A stretch of 28,649 nucleotides of DNA, taken from the NCBI GenBank assembly GCA_049599895.1, contig JBMYPC010000025.1, forward strand, positions 1 to 28,649. Reading direction: 5' to 3'. The notes below the pieces were generated by a model. It searched no databases and was not told where the DNA came from. It saw nothing but the letters and a program-made list of their open reading frames with translations. Origin of the DNA: Bacteriovoracaceae bacterium. GTDB lineage: Bacteria > Bdellovibrionota > Bacteriovoracia > Bacteriovoracales > Bacteriovoracaceae. This document shows, piece by piece, positions 8,524-15,383 of the stretch (within the stretch, counting starts at the first letter, position 1; every line of letters begins with the position of its first letter). The position numbers and the translations under genes are program-made.

Positions 8524-10306
8524 ATCCCTAGTCGCTTGCGCACTTTTCATTGGCTGCTCAAAGGCTGATAAAAGCCTCAAGAAGCTGAAGCATGTAAAAG
8601 AAGTCTCAAAGAAAGAGATAAAATCTCCTTCTCCATTAAGTGAAGACGCAGTTAAAGGTTTATCTGCTCCTCAGTTTCCACAAAAGCAAAAGAACTTGGT
8701 CGATGTGACCAAAAAATATGGTCTCGAAGGTGTCACTGGAACTCACCTCTATGTTTCTGATTTAAACAACGACGGATTTGATGATCTTATTGTTCTTCCA
8801 AGTTTTTATTCAATCCCTAAGTTTTATTTTTACAATTCAAAACTTAAAAAATTTGTTCTCACTGATCATCCGGTATTGAATCCTATTGAAAGGGCATCGT
8901 TTCTGGCCTTTGTTGATCTTGACCATGATGGGATTAAGGATGCTATTTTCGCAACCTTTAATCAGCGATCGGCTATTCGACCTGAGCCTATTAGAGTTTT
9001 TAAAGGAAGAATCAGTACCTCAAAACTGACAAAGAAGAAAAGTTACACTCTTCACAAGAGCTTTAGCCTTAAGGGGACAGAGGGACCTGTTAGCAGTCTT
9101 AACCTTTTTGATTTTAATAATGACGGAAACCTTGATCTCTATGTCACAAATTGGTTTAACGTCAGAAAGTCAGGGGCCAAAACTGAACATAACCGTCTTT
9201 ACGCAGGTAAAGGTAACTTGAAGTTCACAAGTCTTTCTGAAGCTCGGTTTTTTGAAAAAAACTCTTATGAATCAAGCGATAGACTTAAAGTCTCACCAAC
9301 ACCAACTTTTGGCAGCACCCTATGTGATTTTAATGGTGATGGAAGACCTGAGATTCTAGAGGCCAATACTTCTGGGGTTAAAAATAGATTATGGCTTGCT
9401 CAATCTTTTCAAGGCAAAGTCGAGTACTTTAATATTGCGAACTTTAATGGTTTCAGTGAGGACTCAATTGGACGACATCTTGATCGAGGAGCGGGGCATA
9501 CATTCTATGGAATCTGTACAGATTATAACCAAGACAGTTTTCTTGATGTTGCTTTAGGAGAATTATTTCATTCCTATGATCTTGATAATCGTGACCGTTC
9601 ATCAATTTTAACTGGTGCGACCAATACAGCACCTTATCGATTTTTAAGAACTGAATATCATCAAGACGATGGAACGAGAAATTGGAACCAAGGTGATAAA
9701 AGAGGGAACTGGCTTGATATCAATCTTGATGGTTTAGATGATTTGATTGTGGATAATACTGGCTTTCCCCCAAAGTCGAGACTGGTTTACTTTAAACAAC
9801 ATCCTGATCACTCGTTTGAAGACATTGCAGATGAAGTGGGAGTAGATCATGTGAACCCATCGGGCACTGTTTACTTAGATGTTAACAAAGATGGAAGACC
9901 TGAAGTTTTATCCGGACAAACTCAAGTAAGAGATTCCAAAATTAAAAACCGAATTTATCTTTATGAAAATCGTTATAAGTATCCTCGTCAGGCTTTAAAG
10001 CTTCATTATAACTCTGGACTCTTTGGTGTTACGGCAGTTTTGTCACATTCTCATAATAAAGAGTTCTCAAAAGTTCTGACTCCACTACATGGGGCCCAGT
10101 CCTCTCAAAATGCAAGCTTTCAATTCTTTTCAACGAATGAAGGTTACTTCAAAGAGTTAAGTGTCATTAAGAATGGCAAGCCTTTAGAGGTCTATAAACT
10201 GAAGCGCTTTAAGTCTCACAAGCTCCTTAATCTCTATGCTTGTCTAAAAAAACAAAAGGGAGCCCCTAGGATAGAGCTTTCACAAAAGCCTTGTGAAGGT
10301 CAATAA
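8489..10306 (+). CDS. FG-GAP/VCBS-repeat beta-propeller lipoprotein (CRTAC1-like)
   Basis: Lipobox LFIG-C; seven DxD/NxDG-type Ca-binding loops (DLNNDGFDD, DLDHDGIKD, DFNNDGNLD, DFNGDGRPE, DYNQDSFLD, DINLDGLDD, DVNKDGRPE). Start may be ATG 8498; overlaps the ACAD 3' end. Confidence 0.85.
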   Translation: MGAMASKLWITKSLVACALFIGCSKADKSLKKLKHVKEVSKKEIKSPSPLSEDAVKGLSAPQFPQKQKNLVDVTKKYGLEGVTGTHLYVSDLNNDGFDDLIVLPSFYSIPKFYFYNSKLKKFVLTDHPVLNPIERASFLAFVDLDHDGIKDAIFATFNQRSAIRPEPIRVFKGRISTSKLTKKKSYTLHKSFSLKGTEGPVSSLNLFDFNNDGNLDLYVTNWFNVRKSGAKTEHNRLYAGKGNLKFTSLSEARFFEKNSYESSDRLKVSPTPTFGSTLCDFNGDGRPEILEANTSGVKNRLWLAQSFQGKVEYFNIANFNGFSEDSIGRHLDRGAGHTFYGICTDYNQDSFLDVALGELFHSYDLDNRDRSSILTGATNTAPYRFLRTEYHQDDGTRNWNQGDKRGNWLDINLDGLDDLIVDNTGFPPKSRLVYFKQHPDHSFEDIADEVGVDHVNPSGTVYLDVNKDGRPEVLSGQTQVRDSKIKNRIYLYENRYKYPRQALKLHYNSGLFGVTAVLSHSHNKEFSKVLTPLHGAQSSQNASFQFFSTNEGYFKELSVIKNGKPLEVYKLKRFKSHKLLNLYACLKKQKGAPRIELSQKPCEGQ

Positions 10307-10497
10307 ACACAGAATCGTGGCAGAGAGTGATTCAAATCATAAAAAAATCTAAGTATTTGTAATAGTTCATGTTTTCTTGCTATCAGTAAGATTTCACTAG
10401 GTTGGTTTTTTAAGAAATCGTTAAAATGCTTTATCATGAGAATATAGGGAAATTTAGGTCATGAAGCCTAAATGCATTTTGGTTAAAAATAAGAGTC

Positions 10498-10908
10498 ATG
10501 AATAATTTAGAGACAGGATTAGCAAAAACTTTAAGAATCCTCATTGTAGAGGATAGTGAAGCAGGGACAGTTTTTCTAAGGCAAGAGTTAAAGACACTTG
10601 GCTTTGAAGATATTTTAACTGCTGGTAATGGTGTAGAAGGGATAAAGAGAGTCGAGGAGTCAGAAGAAAACTCAAAACCTGTTGAACTTATTATTGCCGA
10701 TATTAATATGCCGAAGATGGATGGCATTGAGATGGTGAAGCAACTGAAAGTGAAGCCTGAAAGAAAAGGGATCCCTATTCTTATTGTTAGTGCCGAAAGA
10801 GATAAAACCAAAGTTCTTGAGGCGATTAATGCAGGTGTTTCTCAATATATTCTGAAACCTTATTCTCGAAAAGATATCATTTCTAAAATTCAATCCGTCT
10901 TCCAGTAA
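10498..10908 (+). CDS. Single-domain CheY-like response regulator
   Basis: ILIVEDS, IIADINMPKMDG (phosphoacceptor Asp), IPILIVSA, YILKPY; no output domain. Confidence 0.93.
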   Translation: MNNLETGLAKTLRILIVEDSEAGTVFLRQELKTLGFEDILTAGNGVEGIKRVEESEENSKPVELIIADINMPKMDGIEMVKQLKVKPERKGIPILIVSAERDKTKVLEAINAGVSQYILKPYSRKDIISKIQSVFQ

Positions 10909-10948
10909 AAAGATGGAAAGGATGTCTACGAACTTAAGAAAAAAGAAT

Positions 10949-11770
10949 TTATCGGTTCGTAATCTGCAGCTGGGCCAGAATTTGTTCCAATAAAAGATTT
11001 AAATGTTTAGGAAGCTGGCGATAGTTAAGAGTGGCAAAGTAGATTTTATTAATCTGACCAGGGAGAGAAATTTCTGAGACATTGAGATTGTCATTTTTCT
11101 TTAAAACATGGGCCGGCACAATCGCAACACCATGACCTGATCTGACGAGATTTATAATGGTCCTTAAATGTGAGATTTTAAGGACTCTATCCGATACCTT
11201 TTTAGAGTATTGAAAAAGGTAGTCATTATCCCCATAAACAATCCAGGGAGACTCATGAAGTTTCTTTTTATTGATTTCATTTTTACTAATGAGAACGAGT
11301 TTTTCATTGAAGAGTTGTCGGCTGGTGATAATTTCACTTTGAATATTGTTTGTCGTTAAAACAGCATCAAACTGATTTTTTTCAAGACCTTCTTTAAGCT
11401 TAGAGACATCCTTAATTTGAATTTCAACTGAATTTTCGAGCTTCTTTATCACTTTGGAAAGAATCGGAGGAAACCAGTTGAGCATAAGCCCTTCAAGGAT
11501 TCCAATTCTAAGTGGAGATTGAGTATCAAGCTCAAAAATTCGGTCAGTTTGATTTTCAAACTGAGAAAGACTCTCAAGAAGCTTTTCTCCCAACTCAGTC
11601 AGAAGAACTTTTTTTGAGGAACGAATGATCAGCTCTTTTCCAACACTTTCTTCAAGAAGTTTTATCTGGCGACTTACAGCCGACTGAGCAATTCTAAGTT
11701 CGTCAGCAGCTTTTGAAAAACTTTTAAATCGAGAGGTGTAAAGGAAAGCTCTTAAATATCGATAATCCAT
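10949..11770 (-). CDS. LysR-family transcriptional regulator
   Basis: HTH SFSKAADELRIAQSAVSRQIKLLEESVGKELIIR..LTELG; substrate domain LRIGI...LVRSGHGVAIVP; GGAGAG upstream. Confidence 0.93.
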   Translation of the reverse strand: MDYRYLRAFLYTSRFKSFSKAADELRIAQSAVSRQIKLLEESVGKELIIRSSKKVLLTELGEKLLESLSQFENQTDRIFELDTQSPLRIGILEGLMLNWFPPILSKVIKKLENSVEIQIKDVSKLKEGLEKNQFDAVLTTNNIQSEIITSRQLFNEKLVLISKNEINKKKLHESPWIVYGDNDYLFQYSKKVSDRVLKISHLRTIINLVRSGHGVAIVPAHVLKKNDNLNVSEISLPGQINKIYFATLNYRQLPKHLNLLLEQILAQLQITNR

Positions 11771-11780
11771 TGAGTCTCTC

Positions 11781-12221
11781 CTAATTAGTCACTTCTGGAG
11801 GTGCGAGATCTGGAGATTTTCTCCAGAATTTTCCGTGAAACTTTTTTTGGTCTAAGTTTTTAATGACAAAGCCTTCTTGATCAACTTCTTCAGAGAAATC
11901 TTGAACAAAATCAATTTCAAGACTTTGCAGATAGTATGCTGCAAAAGGATCCATGACAAAAGTAATATCGATCTTGTCTTGTTCTAAATGAAAATGAATT
12001 TGAAAATCATTTTCTTTAAACTCATCAGGACCGACTGAGTAGGTGAAACCATTACATTCCTTACCAGAGATACAAACTCGAAATGGCCTTTCTTTGAGGG
12101 TTGGGTCCATGGATTTCATAAGCCCAAGTTGAGCTTCTGCCATCTCTGTAACATGGATCTTAGGAGTTCCAATTTGTTCAATTTTTATATCAAAAAGCAT
12201 CTTTCTATCTTTTTTATCCAT
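11781..12221 (-). CDS. Atypical HesB/IscA (A-type Fe-S carrier fold) protein lacking the C-terminal CGCG motif
   Basis: IHVTEMA...FRVCISGKECNGFTYSVG...D...VMDPFAAYYLQSLEIDFVQD...EGFVIKN follows the IscA/ErpA pattern. Start uncertain (TTG 12233, ATG 12221 or ATG 12200). Confidence 0.7.
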   Translation of the reverse strand: MDKKDRKMLFDIKIEQIGTPKIHVTEMAEAQLGLMKSMDPTLKERPFRVCISGKECNGFTYSVGPDEFKENDFQIHFHLEQDKIDITFVMDPFAAYYLQSLEIDFVQDFSEEVDQEGFVIKNLDQKKFHGKFWRKSPDLAPPEVTN

Positions 12222-12348
12222 AGCTATGAACAATAATCACTTTTAGACAAAGCATCAAGTTTATGCCATAAAATCAGTTAAATTTTACCTAGTACAACCA
12301 GCATTATTGAATACTTAAGTACTCGTTTTCTCAATAGGAACACTAGAT

Positions 12349-14103
12349 ATGAGTTCTCTTTCAAACTTTCATTATTTATTAGAAATTGCCTCTGTTAAAG
12401 ACTCTTATCTTGATGTCACCTTTGAGTTTGACCGACCAGAGGGGAATATTCAAAAGGTCTTTCTTCCGAGTTGGTCTCCAGGCAGTTACTTAATGAGAGA
12501 GTACGCAAGATTCATTCTTTGGATTAAAGCGGAATCGGACACAGGAGAAAGGCTTCATCTCACACAGAAAACAAAGTCTGAATGGGAGCTTAACTGGGAT
12601 AAAAGTGAACTTCAAAATCAAAACTCTAAAAAGGCCACAATTAAGGCCCGTATTTATTGTCATGAGCTTACCGTAAGAACATCTTATATTGACCATTCCA
12701 TGGCCTTCCTACATGGACCGACATTTTATTTTGGGCTGAGTGATGAGAAAGGAAACCTTCTCAATGCTAAAAGAAATACTGTTGAAGTGAGATTCCCTTT
12801 GGATTGGTCAAAGATTTCAACAGGATTAAAAGATATCAGTGATAAGAGAGAAGTGTTTCTCTATGAAGCACAGGACTTTGATGAGCTTCTTGATGCTCCT
12901 TTTCTTCTTGGTTGCCATGAAACTGACGGCTTTCGCTTTAAAGATAAAGATCATGAACTGGCCTTTGCGGGCATGACTCTTCCTCATGGAAAGGATCTTA
13001 AAGCGGATATTAAAAGAATTGTGGAAACCGTTTCAGAAAGTTTTGATTACGACCTTCCCTATGACAAGTATTCATTTCTAACAATTTTAAAACCCAATCT
13101 TTATGGTGGGCTTGAGCATCTCAACAGTACGGCCCTTGTTTTTGATGGTCGAAAGTTTAAAGAGAGAAAAAGCTATCTTAAATGGCTTGAACTTGTTGCT
13201 CATGAATATTTCCATACCTGGAATGTGAAAAGAATCAGACCAAAGGCACTTGGTCCTTTTGATTATCAAAACGAAAATTACACTCGTATGCTTTGGCTTG
13301 CTGAGGGACTCACAAGTTTCATGGATCAATACTTCGTTTACCGTTCAGGTCTTATGACTATGGAAGAGTATCTTGAAGCGCAAAAAAACAACTTTAATCT
13401 CTATCTTTCAATTCCTGGTAAGAAGTTTCAGTCTCTTGAAGAAAGCTCATTTAATGCTTGGGTAAAACTCTATCGTCCAAGTGAATTTAATCTCAACTCT
13501 ACCATTAGCTATTATTTAAAAGGGGGAATCGCCTTTTTTATGCTTCATCTCGATTTAGTCGCTAATGGAAACTCGAGCTTTGATCTTATTAAAGAGCTTT
13601 GGACGAGTTATAAAGAAAATCCAGAGACAGGTCTTGAAGCTCAAGATGTTTATCAAATGATTGAGAAAATTTCTAATTCCGATGTGGTGGCCAGGTTTCA
13701 AACACATGTTGAAACCACTGAAGATATTGACTTTGAGTCGGCTCTTAAAGAGTCAGGATTTGAAGTTGAGTGGGATAAAGATGAATCTCCCTATTCTGGA
13801 TTAAAGTTTAAGACAGCCAATAACTCTCTAGTGGTTTCACATGTTGTTATGGATGGCCCAGGTGAAAAGGCAGGTCTTATGCCTGGAGATGAAATCGTAG
13901 GTCTCAACGGAATGCGCTTTTTTGCCAATGAACAAAAGAGTATTGAAGAGCAGATTGAAATTGGAAAATCTTATGATCTTTTAATCGCTCGAAATCATGA
14001 ACTGATGAATGTTCAAATGATTTATGGTCAGGCTCCGAAAAGGGTTCAGAAAATCAAAGTGATTGATGAATCACTATCAAAAAAGATTTTTCCTGTTCTT
14101 TAA
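12349..14103 (+). CDS. M61 family (glycyl aminopeptidase-like) metallopeptidase with C-terminal PDZ domain
   Basis: LPSWSPGSYLMREYAR, GGLEH, AHEYFHTWNVKRIRP, LWLAEGLTSF, ISYYLKG, PDZ GPGEKAGLMPGDEIVGLNG; AGGA RBS. Confidence 0.93.
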   Translation: MSSLSNFHYLLEIASVKDSYLDVTFEFDRPEGNIQKVFLPSWSPGSYLMREYARFILWIKAESDTGERLHLTQKTKSEWELNWDKSELQNQNSKKATIKARIYCHELTVRTSYIDHSMAFLHGPTFYFGLSDEKGNLLNAKRNTVEVRFPLDWSKISTGLKDISDKREVFLYEAQDFDELLDAPFLLGCHETDGFRFKDKDHELAFAGMTLPHGKDLKADIKRIVETVSESFDYDLPYDKYSFLTILKPNLYGGLEHLNSTALVFDGRKFKERKSYLKWLELVAHEYFHTWNVKRIRPKALGPFDYQNENYTRMLWLAEGLTSFMDQYFVYRSGLMTMEEYLEAQKNNFNLYLSIPGKKFQSLEESSFNAWVKLYRPSEFNLNSTISYYLKGGIAFFMLHLDLVANGNSSFDLIKELWTSYKENPETGLEAQDVYQMIEKISNSDVVARFQTHVETTEDIDFESALKESGFEVEWDKDESPYSGLKFKTANNSLVVSHVVMDGPGEKAGLMPGDEIVGLNGMRFFANEQKSIEEQIEIGKSYDLLIARNHELMNVQMIYGQAPKRVQKIKVIDESLSKKIFPVL

Positions 14104-14112
14104 ATCGAGTTT

Positions 14113-14131
14113 AGCGGCATCCCGTTCCGCT
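14113..14131. terminator. Possible weak terminator hairpin between convergent M61 and slyD remnant
   Basis: AGCGG-CATCCCGTT-CCGCT with a T-rich tract shortly downstream on the + strand; short stem. Confidence 0.3.
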
Positions 14132-14149
14132 GCAAGATTTCTTTTCTTC

Positions 14150-14326
14150 TTAAATATGGCCTTGGGCCAGCTCTTGTTCAGTTGCCTCTCGAATTGAAAT
14201 CACATCCACGTCAAAATGAAGAGTTTCACCGGCTAGGGGATGATTGCCATCCATAATGATCACATCTTCTTGAATTTCAATCGCGGTAACAACGATCATT
14301 TGTCCAGCATCGGCTTCAACTTGCTT
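14150..14326 (-). pseudogene. slyD: C-terminal remnant of an FKBP-type peptidyl-prolyl isomerase (SlyD-like)
   Basis: KQVEADAGQMIVVTAIEIQEDVIIMDGNHPLAGETLHFDVDVISIREATEQELAQGHI matches the SlyD C-terminal half (DGNHPLAG.L.FDV.V..IREAT.EEL..GH). The frame upstream has no SlyD similarity and soon hits a stop; the N-terminal half is missing. Confidence 0.75.
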
Positions 14327-14954
14327 CGAGAATAAAAACATTGGCCATAAGGCAATAACGGTCCTCAATGGCTTTTCTTGTTATTGAATATTTTCCTGTA
14401 AATTTTCTTTTTGGATAAGAGAGGGTGATTCGATCATTTGTGATCTCGAGTCTTTGGCATGAATAGATCTTTTCATCAAAAGCATGAAGGGCCTTAATGA
14501 GCGATTCTCCTACTAACCATCTGGTTTTACTATCGACGGAAACATCATGTGCTACAATTTTTGTTTTAGAGAGAAATGATTGGATTTTAGAAGAGAGCTT
14601 TAAAGAGAGATTTTCAAGTCTTTGCTCCCACTCAAGATCAATTCCTATTGAAGACCTAAGCTTATTCTTATGGAGAATTGAAACCGCGGCGAGATCATGA
14701 GTATGTGAGATGGAAATGGCATAATCTGGGTAATGCTTCAGCTGGTATTTATCATTCAGTTCAAGGTCCCTAAGGGAAGCTGGCTTGAGTCCATATTCAG
14801 AGAGGCCCTGAAAGAGGGCCAAACGTGAAAGTCTGAAGTCCCATTTATCAGAGAAGCTTTCGAGTTCTTTTTTAATAGAGGGATAAAGAGAGGTTTCATC
14901 CCAACTTTTAATTGTGCAGAGTGTTGTTTGCGGTGAACAGCTTGTCAGATCCAT
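14316..14954 (-). CDS. 4'-phosphopantetheinyl transferase, Sfp/EntD type
   Basis: R.AL, ISISHT, IGIDLE and W..(G)ESLIKA (canonical W..KE..KA) in the expected order. Confidence 0.78.
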   Translation of the reverse strand: MDLTSCSPQTTLCTIKSWDETSLYPSIKKELESFSDKWDFRLSRLALFQGLSEYGLKPASLRDLELNDKYQLKHYPDYAISISHTHDLAAVSILHKNKLRSSIGIDLEWEQRLENLSLKLSSKIQSFLSKTKIVAHDVSVDSKTRWLVGESLIKALHAFDEKIYSCQRLEITNDRITLSYPKRKFTGKYSITRKAIEDRYCLMANVFILEAS

Positions 14955-15020
14955 AGCAAAAAGTTTATAACATGCTTGGTTGGTGAAGAAAATTTAATGT
15001 TAATGAAGAGGAGACTGGAA

Positions 15021-15179
15021 ATGCTACCTGATGAAATGCAGTCACTATTTGCAAAAATATTGCTCTTTATCTTTTCTATCACCTTATTGTGCATGGGAAA
15101 GGCAAGAGCCGAAGACCAAGTACTTAACGCATCTCAAACTCAAGAGAAAGTTATTCAAGTCAGTTCAATTTCTCAGTAA
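15021..15179 (+). CDS. Small (52 aa) protein with signal peptide or single TM, upstream of glutamine synthetase III
   Basis: GAGGAG (15008-15013) 7 nt before ATG 15021; MLPDEMQSLFAKILLFIFSITLLCMGKARA-EDQVLNASQTQEKVIQVSSISQ has an h-region and an A-x-A site. Confidence 0.55.
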   Translation: MLPDEMQSLFAKILLFIFSITLLCMGKARAEDQVLNASQTQEKVIQVSSISQ

Positions 15180-15202
15180 TAAGATTTTAAGCAAATCTCA
15201 CT

Positions 15203-15232
15203 TGACCACTAATGACCACTCGTTGGTAGAAT
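15203..15232 (+). promoter_or_regulatory. Putative glnN promoter region: TGACCACT direct repeats followed by extended -10 TGGTAGAAT
   Basis: TGACCACT at 15203-15210 and 15213-15220; TG-G-TAGAAT at 15224-15232; TTGACC at 15202-15207 is 19 nt from the -10. Confidence 0.4.
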
Positions 15233-15383
15233 GCCTTGTATTCTTAACCAGGCAAAGACACATTACAAAAAAGAGAAACCTTTCACTTTGTCGAAGCTCA
15301 AAAAGATTCAATTTCTTGAATCACAATAGACAACTCAAATTTTTTACAACTCATATTAATCATGTACTGCTCAAGGAGGCATT

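Noticed and set aside
12244..12321. GCAT-N7-ATGC dyad and TACTTAAGTA palindrome as LysR boxes
   Set aside because: The dyad does not fit T-N11-A, and both are short enough to arise by chance in AT-rich DNA.
14327..14368. TTG start and N-terminal MRTVIALWPMFLFS of the 72-aa ORF as a real protein start
   Set aside because: It is the out-of-frame reading of the PPTase 3' end and has no SlyD similarity.
15223..15240. TTGGTAGAATGCCTTGTA as a sigma54 promoter for glnN
   Set aside because: Reads GG-N11-GT rather than the required GG-N10-GC.
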